From the human T2T-CHM13v2.0 reference genome, Homo sapiens, in the NCBI RefSeq assembly GCF_009914755.1, contig NC_060941.1: a DNA stretch of 64,000 bases, one strand, 5' to 3'. The position numbers and the translations under genes are program-made. This document shows positions 1 to 18,920 of the stretch, piece after piece. Position 1 is the first letter of the stretch. Every line of letters starts with the position of its first letter. Under the pieces are notes generated by a model. That model was given only the letters and a program-made list of their open reading frames with translations. It was not told the origin of the DNA and did no database searches.

Positions 1-297
<297 letters not shown>

Positions 298-336
298 TTA
301 AAAAACTTCTGCATGATTATTTTAGTGTTAGTTTAA

Positions 337-757
<421 letters not shown>

Positions 758-929
758 TAAGTTATCACAGTGTACCTTCAAATGATATTATGCCACTTCA
801 CATGTAATATAAGAACCTTATAGAAGAAGGGTGTACTGCTCTCCCCCGTCCTTTTGCTATCAATGTCATACATTTTATTTCCACACATTTTAAACCCCAC
901 AGTACATTGTTATTACTTAAAAAAGGTCT

Positions 930-1632
<703 letters not shown>

Positions 1633-2743
1633 CACATATTTCTGTTTCTAGGCTTCATTCCTTTTATAGCTCTGAGCTTGAATCTGGTATATTTTCCTTC
1701 AGTCTGAAGAACTTTAACTTTGCTTATAGTACTGGTATTTTGGTCACATGTTTTCTCAGCTTTTGTTTGTCTGAGGTTGTCCTTATTTCACCTTTATGCT
1801 CCTAGCACTTTAAGGATGTTCTGTTGTCTCAGGCTTGTCTTGTTCCTGAAGTCTGCTGTTGGTCTTACTTTTGTTCTCTAGTATGTAATATTCTTTTTCT
1901 CCTCCAGCTACTTTAAAGATGTTTTTGTCATTGGAATTTAGCAGTTTGATTACAATGTACCTTGGTGTAGTTTTCTTTGTGATTAGCCTGCTTATGGTTT
2001 GTTGACATTCTTGGATCTGTAGGATTATACTTTTCACCAAAATTTTGGAAAATGTACTGCCATTATTTTTCCAGTTTTCCTATCTCTCCCCTTGTTCCTC
2101 CTCAATCTTCCAGAGCTCTATTTACATTTATTTTAGATGCTAGATATTGTCCCACTGAGGATCCCCATTCCCTCCATCTTTTTTTCCTCTGTGATTCAGT
2201 TGAATTGTTTCTGTTGCAATGTCTTCGCGTTCTCTCATCTATTCTTCTATAGTATCTAACATGCTCTTTATTTTATTGTTACAGAGACAGGAGGATCTCA
2301 CTATGTTGCCCAGGCTGGTCTTGAACTCCTGGGCTGAAGTGACCTCCCATGGTGTCAGGATTACAGGTGTGAGCTGCAATGCCCAGCCCTACCATGCTCT
2401 TAAGCCAACTCATCCGATGTATTTCAAAATTTCAGATGCTATTTTTTTTCTTTAAAAGTTCCATTTGGATTTCTTTCTTCGTATTCATGCTCTCTTTTAA
2501 ATCCTTGAACAAATTTGTAATATTGTTTTAAAAATCTTATCTGTTATTTCCTCGTCACTCTCATTTTTGGGTCTAGATGGACTGACTTTCTTGTGGTTGT
2601 GGATCAGGCTTTCCTGCTTTTTCTTACCTCTAGTAATTTCTGATTGGATGCTGGACATAGGGAGTGTTACGTTGTTGAGCATCTGCGTTTTGTTTTCTGC
2701 ATTTAAACAGTGTTGAGTTTTGTTCTGGCAGGAAGTTAGTTTA

Positions 2744-3200
<457 letters not shown>

Positions 3201-3867
3201 TCTAGAGAAGCCTTTACTTTTGGTCTAGTTTAGCCCTGTGCCTAACGTTGTGGCCTTTCTGAGTCTCCGTGAGGGTCGTGGGTGCTTCATGAGGTCCCTT
3301 AATTCTTCCTCGTTGGAGCTTGAATGTTTCTCACCCTGCTCCGCTTCTCCTGCCCCTGTGGCTGCTCTTTGCCTGGCCTCCTGGAGTCTCACCAGCAGCA
3401 CGCCCTGCCTTGCCTTCAGCCAGGGACTCAAGGAGCCCAGCTCCGTTTCTGCCTCCTCCGTGTGGCTGTCTCCTCCTTGTTACTCTGCCGCTCTCATTCT
3501 GGCTGCTGTGGCCATCATGAACTCAGACCTCTCTCTCCTCAGCTCAGTGACTGTCACGGTCTGCATGGGCCCCTGTCTCCATGCAGAAAGCTCCTGTGTC
3601 ACGGGGCACACCTCATTTGTCTTCCCTCTCAGGGACCACGTTCCTGTATGACTCGTTGTTCAATGCCTGAAGAAGTGTTTTATGTATTGTGTTCAGTTTT
3701 CTAGTTGTGTATGGTGGGAGGGCTAGGCTGTTCCTACTTAGTCCATCTTTTCCTGGAAGTGGTAGTCCCCCCAAGTATGATATAGAAGGGGCAAATGAAA
3801 GAAAGTGCCAGATAGATGAATGATGCGTGACGGGATCACCTTTTATTAAGTAGGTTAGAGTAGCTGA

Positions 3868-4191
<324 letters not shown>

Positions 4192-4957
4192 TGATTCTTT
4201 ACAGTGAATAAGTTGTTATGTATTAATGAGTTGTTCTTTCACTGAACCTAATTATCCCCCCCAGTGGAGTTTCACTTTCCAACTTACACACAGCATTAAT
4301 ATTTAAGATTACATTGGTGTATCACATTAATAGTACAGATTAAAGTTTGGAAGAGTTCAGCTTTCATGATCCCTAGACAACTAATTTGCAAGGCTAGATT
4401 TAGAGTTTCTCCTTTCTCTGATAGAAACATTTGCATTTCACTTGGGCTTTATAACGCCAGGTAGGTCAGAGGTTGAAACTGAAATAATTGTTAAACACGT
4501 AAGAGGATTTAAGGATAAAATCCTCCCCTGTTTTGGTGTTACAGATCTAAATTGGGCACTCAGTCATGTAGTGCCAGAGTGCGGGATTTGGCTGGCTACC
4601 TTAAAGGTTTAGTTAATTATACAGAAATCCTCTTTCAGTGTTAATCATTGTTCATGTCCTATAGAAAATGGTCTAATTGTTCTTTTCATTTAGCTATTTT
4701 GTTTAAGAAGGTCCTTTCTAGTCTGATTTGATTTCTTTCTTTTTTGAAATTAGGAAGTAAAGAATACAGAAAACATCTATTTACAATTCCATCAGTATTT
4801 ATAAAAACATCTGTGTGCCCCCAGCCCAGTCAAGATATAGAATATTTCAGTACCCTAGGACTTCTTTATGTGTTGCACCTTGATCCCAGTTACTCCTTTT
4901 CTTAAAGAGGCAAATACTTTTCTTCCTTTTGTTGGCAATAATTATCTCTTCACTTTT

Positions 4958-5244
4958 CTTTTGAGATCGGGTCTCATTCTGTCTCCCAGACTGGAGTGCG
5001 GTGGTGTGATCATAGCTCACTGCAGCCTCGACCTCCTGGGCTCAATTGATCCTCTCACCTCAGCTTCCCGGGTAACTGAGACTGCAGGTGCACACCACCA
5101 CACCAAGCTAATTTTTGCATTTTTTGTAGAGACAGGGCTTCACCGTGTTGTCCAGGCTCCTCTCAAACTCCCGAGCTCAAGCAATCTGCCTGCCTTGGCC
5201 TCCCAAAGTGCTGGGATTATAGGCATGAGCCACTATGCCCAGCC
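4958..5244 (-). mobile_element. AluJ
   Basis: Full antisense Alu, TSD ctcttcacttttctt. Confidence 0.88.
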
Positions 5245-5533
5245 TCTTCACTTTTCTTAATGGTTTTCCTACCTGTGCGTCTCTAAAAGTTGTACTTGCG
5301 TTTTCGTGTGTTGCTTCTTTTCTCAGTATCGTATTGATAAGAATCAGGTGGTTGAGAAAAACATTTAGGTATGCTGTAGGGATAGAGTAACTATTTTAAA
5401 TTCTTTTAAACAAAAAAATCAGGTGCTTGAATATATGTTGTTTACTTCTATGTAATATCTCATTTCATGTGTACATCACAATTTACTTATCCATTCTACT
5501 GCTGAACAATGTTGAAATTAGCATTACATATTT

Positions 5534-6170
<637 letters not shown>

Positions 6171-7580
6171 AATCTCAAAATCTTTCCACTCGGAGGCTTG
6201 TTTTTTCATGTTCCTTATGGGGTCTTTTGACATTCTCCATTTTAATATGGTCTGATAATCAGTCTGTTCCTTTAAAGGTTGGTGCTTTTTTTGCATCTTA
6301 TTTAGGAACTCTCTTTCTCCCTTGATGGCATGAAGTTAATCTGTATTATCTGTTAAGGCTTTATGCTTTTTCTTTCCTGTTTAAGTTTTGTATAAACTTT
6401 GTGTATGGTTTAAGGTGGGGATCTAGTTTCCCATGTGGATATCTAGTTGTCTTAGTAGATTTTTGTGAAAAGCTCATCCTTCTTCCTCAGTTGCAGTGCT
6501 CTGTCGTAGGCCAAGTAGGTCTGTTTGGGACTTGCTGTTTATCCCATTGATCTGCTGGTGTCATTGGTCAGCCCTAGCACCACTCTGTCTGCTTTAATTA
6601 CTAGGGCTTTATAAAAAATGTGTGAAGGAAGCACTTGTTTTTCTTGAGAATGTCTTGGCTATTCTTGTTCTTTTGTTCTTCATATAGGTTTAACAATTAG
6701 CTTGACGAGTTCAAAGAAAGAAAATTTGGGGGGTATTTGATTGGGATTGCACTGAGCCTATACATCAATTTGGACAGATTTGATATCTTTTCAGAATTGA
6801 GACTTCTGGTCCACACACATGGCATATCTCTTATTTAGATAGGTCTTCTTTAATTTCCCTGAATTAAGTTATATGCTTTTCCCTGTAGAGGTGTTGCCCA
6901 TCTTTTGTTGGAATTCTTTTAAGTACTTGATATTATTTTGATGCTGTCCTAAGAGGCAACTTTAAAAAATTTAAGTTTTTAGCCTGTTATTTGGTAGGTA
7001 TATAAGAGTAAAAATTATTTTTTATATTGCTTTATATGCAGCATTCATGATATCTCCATGTCATCAGGAGCCCTGGCAGCCATGCACACAGCTTCCTGCC
7101 CCCTTGATCCTGAAGAGTGTGTAAGGCTGCTGGGGATCGGATGCAGTTATGTAAGGGGTGTGGATGCAGAGGAGCCAGCCGTGGTTTCATGCTGGTCTTG
7201 AGTGTCATTCTAATCATGAGGCCACCTTACACCCCTCTACTCCAGGACATCCCACAGATCAGAAGGCTCATGGGAACCCAGATGGAGAACCAGCTCCTAG
7301 CACTGGCCTTCCCCATTTATCTTAACTGGTGCATTTCCAGGGCAGCAGGGCTGCAAGAGTCAGCCCTACAGCTGTCCGCCCACATGCCTGGGTCGGGGGA
7401 AGTTTTGGGCTTCATGTCAATTCTTGAGTTCCCGAGAGTTCGTGTCCAGGTTGGGAATAACTTGTCCCACAAATGCCTGGTAGAACTTGCCCATAAGGTC
7501 ATGTAATCCGAAAGTGTTGTTTGTAAAAAAATTTTTAAAGTTCTGATTTAAGCTTTTAAGATGGTTTTTTTTTTCTTTTT

Positions 7581-7889
<309 letters not shown>

Positions 7890-8014
7890 GGTTTTTTTTT
7901 TCTTTTTGAGTCAGTTTTGGCAAGTTACATTTTAAGAAGACTTTGTCTATTTCATCTAGGTTTCAAATTTATAGGCATAAAGTTGTTTGTAACATCCTCT
8001 TGTGATCTTTTTAA

Positions 8015-8723
<709 letters not shown>

Positions 8724-8885
8724 TGGATATACAGTATTTTTGTTCAGTTCAAATTATTCTCTAAATTTTATTTTGACTTGATCAATTTATTATTTAAAAG
8801 TGTTGTAATTTTTAAACATAGAAGACTTTTTCTAGGATTTATTTTTGATTTCTTAATTGCATTTTGATCAGTAGACGTCTGTCAG

Positions 8886-9005
8886 CAGGGCAGTAGCAGG
8901 TGCACCGCACGTCTGTAGGGGGAGCCATCCACACCGTTGCCATGTGCGAATGGCGCCCCCTCGTGTTGTGGATGGTGTAGGTTGCACCGCTGTGTGCACA
9001 CGTGT
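8886..9005. mobile_element. MER91-like hAT-Tip100 palindromic relic
   Basis: gggggagccatccac...gtgcgaatggcgccccct inverted arms resemble recalled MER91. Confidence 0.5.
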
Positions 9006-10139
9006 GCATACATGCATGCACACGCTTGGAATTTCAGCTGCTCTGTCCCTTATAGGCCCGTGCGTGGTTAGTTTTTGTAAATGTTCCCTGTGTACTTGAA
9101 CACGATGCGTGTCTACAGCTGTTGGTGCCACCTTTTATACGTGTCCATTAAGTCAAATATTTTATTTGTGGTGTACAAATCATTTACACTTTACTGATTT
9201 TTTTGACTGTTTCTATCAGTAACAGAGAGGTATATTAACACTTCTCACCATCATTGTAAATATGTCTATTCTCCTTATTAGACATATTTAGATAGAATTC
9301 TCTGCCCATTTGTGCTTCATTTATATTTTGAGGCCATATTGTTGTAAAACTGTTGTATCTTCCTGGTAAATTGGAGTCTATATTGTTGTAAAGTGACTCT
9401 TTATCCCTAATAAAACTTTTTGCCTTACAGTCTGTTTTGTCTCAGGATAGTTACACCAGTTTTCTCTTGGTTAGTGTCAGTCTTGTTTATTTGTCCTTTT
9501 ATATAAGTCAACACTTCTGTAGCCTTGTATTTTTCATATGTCTCCTATAAACAGCTTGTAGTTGGATTAAAACAGATCAGTCTGATGATTTTTGTCTTTC
9601 AGTTGGAGCACTTAGTCTACTTACAGCCATTGGGGCCTAAATCTGCCATCTCTTTTGTGCTTTCTATTTGTCCTTCCTGTAATGTTTTTTTAAATGCCTT
9701 TTTATAGATTGAAAATATTTAATTTCTTCCCTTTTACTATTTTTGAAGCAGTGCACTGTTTTTCTCTTGTAATGGTTTCTTAGAAATTACAGTAGGAATA
9801 CTGAAAAAAGTACAACGTCCGTCATGACCTTTATTCTTTTCTTAGACAACCCAAGACTTAGGAAATTATTTAATCCGTTTGTTTCTTGTATGTGAGTATT
9901 GCTGTGTACAGTATTTTATTTTTAACATCCCAAGTTACCATCCTTGTTTTCGGCAGTCATTGTTCTTTCAGGCTGATGCACATGCTTTTGACTCTTCGCT
10001 CTCCTTTCCTTTAGCGTCTCAGAACTTTCCTATGGGGCCACCTACTTTGACTGAAAGACTTCAGAATTCTTTTCTCATGACGGTCTACTGATGCCACGTT
10101 CACTTCGTTAGTCTGAAAATATCTTTTTTGTTTGTGTGT

Positions 10140-11005
<866 letters not shown>

Positions 11006-12541
11006 ACTCTCCAGCTTATTTACAGTCCTTTCCACGGAAGTCACTGAAGAATTGGATAAGTGTACAGTCTATACTTTTCATCAAGCAATAGATAAAGAGG
11101 TAGCAGCAGGGTGTCATGGCCAGGGTGTCAAACTGTGTGGAAGCTGCAGTCCAGCTCTGGAGCTGGGCTTCATGCCCATCTCCAGTGCCATTCTCTTCGA
11201 AGGGCCTTGGACCTGCAGCCTTCCTGGAGGGAGAGGGTGAATAGCCAAGATGCAGAATGGGCTTTCTTTGTAATCTGGAAGACCTACGCTTAATGAAGCA
11301 GTGTCAGTTTGAACACTTCTTAGGCTTATGCAAACATGTTTAGGTTATTTTAGCTGATTGAAGGCAAAATATGGCCTGACGCTGTGATGTGCGGCGCAGT
11401 CAAATGCGTCAGACCCTGGCTGTGTTCACAGAGTGCAGCATCCAGACTGAGGGCGGAGATAGCCTCTCTGCTCATGAGCTGTCTCTAAAGAAGCGCCCTC
11501 TTTAAAAAGATTGCACGTTACATTGGAATTTATTCAAGGTGCGTGGCTGAGATAGTGAAGGGATGCAAACCGTCATCTGAGGAACTTAAGTCAGGGAGCT
11601 GGGTTGTTTAGTGTGGAGTAAAGGATCTTTCATGAGTGAGTGGTTGGGGGGGTGGTACATTTCACTCCAGATGTCAACAGTCATTGCGATGTTGGCACTG
11701 CTTTGGTCCTGAGTTTCAAGGGAGGAAATTGAAGGCTTGAGAGGTGAAGTAATTTGCAGAAGGTCCCCTGAACTCAGGCCTGACTGTCTCCAAAGTGGCG
11801 TGTCAGCTGAGGGAACACAGGGTATCTTGCAGTCGTGATTTCTGATCAACACAAGCTGTCCAGCTTCCCAACATGGCCAAACAACAGGACAGACGTTGCT
11901 GCTTTCCGTGGGCTCTGTTGCTTCTGATTTATGTGTGTCTTTTCTCTTTGAGTTGAAGCATTAGAAGGTGTATCCACCAAGATCCAGTAAAGAAGACAGA
12001 AAACACACCAGGTATCTCAACCAAGCGGATTTAGGTGGGGAACTGGTTTTACAGGCTTTCGAGGGGCTGAAAGGGCCAAAAGGAAACCTTGACTGAGACG
12101 GTAACTACAGGAGGCAGGTGCTGCTGCTAGGGCTGGGGGAACAAATAGAAGAGGCTGGAGTTACTTAAATCTAGATGGCTAGAGAAGGGACCCAGTGAGC
12201 TGGGGCTTGGGCCACTGAGGTAGGGACACAGCCTGGCGCTTGCTGGCACCGCTGCTAAGTGCACAGTGCAGGGGCCTGGGAGCAGAAGGAAGCAGGAGGG
12301 CATGGGGGCGGCCGGCAGCTGGGAAGGGAACCATCCTCCCTCCTCGCCTGCCAGCCTCCCTGGAGGGTGCTGGACAGGTTTGAACTTCATGTGGTAGCAG
12401 TAATTTTAAGGTTTTGTTTTGTCCCCTTGCAACTCTCCTTACTTGCTTTGTCCCCTTGCAACTTATAACTACCTTACACAGGTACTCTGCATTGGTACTC
12501 TGCACAGGTACTCGGGGTTATTATTTACATATGGGATCTGA

Positions 12542-13108
<567 letters not shown>

Positions 13109-14054
13109 TAAACTAAGAGAGTAAATTAAGATATTTCCGAGGGGTCTGGGATCCATGTAAATGAAAAAGTTCAACCTTTTTTGTAAGCCATGTTCTTAAA
13201 AATCTGCATGTGGGGTAGTTAAGTGTCACTTACTAGAGTCGAGGATTTCAGCGCAGGTCTTTTTGAAGTTCTGAGATGAACTTCTCCTCCTCTTTATACT
13301 TCTCATTCCAAGGATGCTGAGTGTGGGATTATTCCTGATGCAGTGCTGCCTAGGGAGAGGAGCCTCAGCACGGCATCTATCATGGGCTGCTTTGCTTCTG
13401 TATTTAGAAAGAGAACTAGAATTTTAAAATAATTGACTTACAACTACTTAGAAAAGAAAGGGCCAAATACTATGTGCAATCATGGCTTCCTCACGGTCAG
13501 GCATGTTTCCTGATCTCATCTCCTTTTTCAGGAGACTCTTTGGAAATACATGCATATATTTCATTATTGGGAATTACCAATAATTTAACCACTTTTGTGC
13601 TATTAGACATTTAGGTTGCTTCTGATTTTTTAATATTATAACTCATGTTATGATGAGACAGTGTATAAATCTTTGTTCAGATTTCTGGTTATTTTCTCAG
13701 TATGGTTTCTGGAAGTGATAGAAATAACTGGATAAATAATAAATAACCTTTAGGGGAATTGGCACGTTTTGCAAAATTGCTGTTTGGGAAGTTTGTCCCA
13801 TTTTATGTGCCCGCTCGTGGGGTCTGAGGGAGGCTTTTTCCTGGCTCGGCTGCCAGCCCTGGGCATTGCCATTTGAAAATACCTTTGCAATTAAGTAGAC
13901 GCTTGACCGTTTCATTGTTTTAATTATACTTTTCGATTATTAGTGTAGTTGAGTATTTTTACATATGTTTATGGGTCAGTTTCATTATGTTTAATTGTTT
14001 ATGCCCTTCGTCCACTTGTAAGTAAAACAGTGAAGAGTGACCCGTGTGGGGTTT

Positions 14055-14357
14055 TTTGTGTTTTGTTTTGGAGACAGGGTCCCACTCCGTTGCCTGGGGT
14101 GGAGTGCAGTGGCATAATCACAGTTCGCTGTAGCCTCGAACTCCTCAGCTCCAGCAATCTTCCCACCTCAGCCTCCCGAGTAGCTGGGACCACAGGTGCA
14201 TGCCACCATACCCGGCTAATTTTTTATTTTTATTTTTTGTAGATACGGGGTCTCCCTATGTTGCCTAGGCTGGTCTCAAACTTCTGAGCTAAAGTGATCC
14301 TCCCATCTCAGCCTCCTAAAGTGCTGGGGTTGCAGGCATGAGCCACCATGCCTAGCC
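14055..14357 (-). mobile_element. AluJ
   Basis: Antisense Alu consensus. Confidence 0.85.
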
Positions 14358-14835
14358 TGTGTGGCCTTTCATACTAGGTGAATCTGGCCACCCACATCCT
14401 GAGAATTGTTTTGTTCCTCTTCCAACCTAGAGGAAGGTCCCCTTGGAAGTGTGGCTTGGGGCTCTGTGATTGAACCTTTCCTATTCATCATTTTCGTCAG
14501 TGTGTTGGATACAGATTTGGAAGGCGTGATTACTGAGTGCTGATGATATAAAGCTGGGAAGGACAGGTACTAATGTAGATGAAAGACTCGTGATTTACTC
14601 CAATCTTGAAAGGATGACATGCTGGCAGATTGTGGTAAAATATAACAGAGATACTTTGAAAGTCCTGCATTTAGTCTTCCCTTTCTCTCCCTTGCTCCCT
14701 TCCTCCCTTGCTTTCTTTCTTCCTTCCTTCCTTCCCCCTTTATTTGTCCCATCAATTGCGTAAATGCAGGTAAACATTTAGCCATTCCTGTGAAAGCCGC
14801 TGTGTATGTGGTGGCCTTAATCATTGTCCATTTTT

Positions 14836-15235
14836 GGGCCTGTGGATCCCTGTTATTCTCTGCAGTGGAGACTGCACATCGGGCCAGTGCATGCCTGCTA
14901 TTCTCTGCAGTGGAGACCGCACATCAGGCCAGTGCATGCCTGCTATTCTCTGCAGTGGATACCGCACATCGGGCCAGTGCATGCCTGCTATTCTCTGCAG
15001 TGGAGACCGCACATCGGGCCAGTGCATGCCTGCTATTCTCTGCAGTGGAGACCGCACATCGGGCCAGTGCATGCCTGCTATTCTCTGCAGTGGAGACTGC
15101 ACATCGGGCCAGTGCATGCCTGTTATTCTCTGCAGTGGAGACTGCACATTGGGCCAGTGCATGCCTGCTATTCTCTGCAGTGGATACTGCACATCGGGCC
15201 TGTGGATCCCTGTTATTCTCTGCAGTGGAGACTGC
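14836..15235. repeat. Minisatellite, 45-bp unit x ~8.9
   Basis: Unit gggccagtgcatgcctgctattctctgcagtggagaccgcacatc; starts at 14836, 14881, 14926 ... 15196. Confidence 0.97.
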
Positions 15236-15881
15236 TCATGGAGCATCTGATTTTCTTCTGGACCTTCTATTTTGAGCTGCATTCACAGAGCACACCTGAG
15301 AAATGGTGGCCAAGGGGAGTGATCTAGGACCCTGAGAAACCTGGAAGCAGCTCCCCTTAGGGAGAGTTGCAGAGGGCTGGGGATGTTGAAGGAGAGAGAA
15401 GGCTCTGGAGGAACTTGGATACTCCTTTCCAGGCTGAGAAGTGCTGCCCTGGGCACTAGAGAGGGAGAGCTCTGGCCATGGCTTCTGAGGGCCAGCTGCA
15501 AGTGGACACTGCCATGGGACAAACAGCCTCATCTCACTCATTGAACATTCCAGGAGGAACTAAATGACCCCTCTCAGGATGTCACGGGATTTCTATGTTG
15601 CTGGAAAGATGCTTGTGGTGGAAGCGTGGTTACTAGGTGGACCTGGATTCAGAGGACAGCTCAGCTGATTCCTGGCTTGTGGACTTAGATGGGTTGAACC
15701 TTTAAACACTCAGAACATCAGTTTCCTGTAAGGTGGGGTAAGAATGCGTGTGTACTGTGATTGATGTGAATAAAAGGAGCACTGTTGCCAAGTCCCTGAG
15801 TGCAGACCCAGCAGGTTGGAACCACTTCTTTTCTGTTCCCTGAACAATTGGACTGTGTGGACGCAGATCCTGCTTCCCTGA

Positions 15882-16914
<1,033 letters not shown>

Positions 16915-18556
16915 CTGTTCACTGCCTCTTTCTGAGGCCTGTCCCACGTGGGACCTTGTGAGCTGGTGGAGGCCTCTTGAGGGCTGGCAGGAGCCTGTGC
17001 TACCTCTGGGCCCAGCACCTATGCTCCCGGGAGCCGTCCCGCCTCTTGCCTTCAGTCTTCATCTGTACTGTGAGGATCATCCACTGGCCTCCCAACCCGG
17101 TAGTGAAGGGGGAATAACAAGGACGTCTCTGGAAAGTGCTGCAGGTTCCCCTGAGGAAAGCTATTGTAGAGTAGAAACGAGAATGCACCCCCGGAATCAG
17201 CTCTCCGATGATATGCAGGTGCAGCTGCCTCCAGCCCTGCCGTTGGTCAGGAGGAGGCAAGGGGTACCTAATGTGCTCTTATTTGGCCCATGATGAGTGG
17301 AGAAAGAGACCTTTGCCCAGGTGTCCATGTCACTGAGGCAGTGGCGGAGGGTGTCCCCCAGCTCTGCAGTGGTCACCCTCTGCCTCCTGTCCTCGGGCAG
17401 CTGCCTGTGGCTGCAGGCGGTGAAGGTGCTGTTGGTTGTTTGCTCCCAGACCTGGCTGTGGGGCCTGCTCTGCAGAGGTCAGGGGCATGGCGCAGGGGGA
17501 CCCAGCAGGGAGCTGGAGCCAGGCAGTGCGGGCTGAGCCAGGCCGAGGAGACCCCCGCTTTTATCTTGAGTGTTGTCATCTGATGCTGAGTTCTTTCTCA
17601 GCAGTGAAGGGGAATCAGTGTCCTGACTTGAATTGCACTTTGATGGGGTTTTTAGTTTCTGTGTGTTGGATTTTTACTGAGAGCTCTAGAGAAACTAGTC
17701 ACCTGGGGGTTTCAGAGGAGGGTTGTGAAGTGCTGAATTTTTCTTTGAGCTTTTAAGGTCAGAACTCAGGGGAGCTAAAAAAAAATGAAAAAATAATAAT
17801 TTAAACCTTATAAGGTGACTCATAAATAACTGCCTTTCAAGATGAGTGGAATTCTTCTGGGAAAAAGCCCTGTGGAAATTCTCCTGACCACCGAGAACAA
17901 AGAGGACCACTGCTATAAAAACCTCCAGAATCATCATCTGCGGATGGAGGGAAGACTCTGCCAGGAGTGCGATTTTTCCTTTATGTGTTACTCCGTTTAC
18001 CATGTCTCAATAAAATGGCAGAGAAAGTCCTTTTCCTGTGTTTCATTTTTCCCACAACCTTTCCCCTTTTGACTTCTTTGGGGCTTCCCCTTATCTGAGA
18101 CTGGCCCACCGCAGAATTCAGCTTCACGGGCCTGTCCGGATGGAACGTGGACGCCATCATGTGTTTACTGCTTTTATCTCTTAGCCACTTAGAAACATTG
18201 TTACCATGAGAAAATGGGAATTATGCTTTGATCCTTGAGTTAAATCGAGGCTGTGGTAGCTGGTGAGTTATGAGGCTTTATTAAAATAAATGATCTTGGA
18301 TGTGTTGGGTATTCACTGGCAAGATGTTACCAGAACTCAAACATTTAAGATAAGCCACATATTATTTGTATGGATTCATAAAATATAGAAAGAGCGTGAG
18401 CTGGCTATGGCTGGGTTTTGTATCCTTTCCCCCAACTCTGTTACACTTTTCTGAAAGAAAATGAGACTTTGCTTTTATGTGAATAGCTGTAGAAAGCTAG
18501 GGAGGGGTGCCATTTGGAAATTGAATTAAAACCAAATTATGTAAGAATGTGGTTAG

Positions 18557-18920
<364 letters not shown>

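Noticed and set aside
8925-8975. Hairpin (ccatccaca...tgtggatgg) as a pre-miRNA
   Set aside because: Short interrupted stems better explained by a palindromic MER91-like relic.
14790-15327. Repeat-protein ORFs (LLFSAVETAHRASAC)n and a possible CRISPR-like array
   Set aside because: 45-bp contiguous tandem units with no unique spacers, in human intronic DNA; ORFs are by-products.
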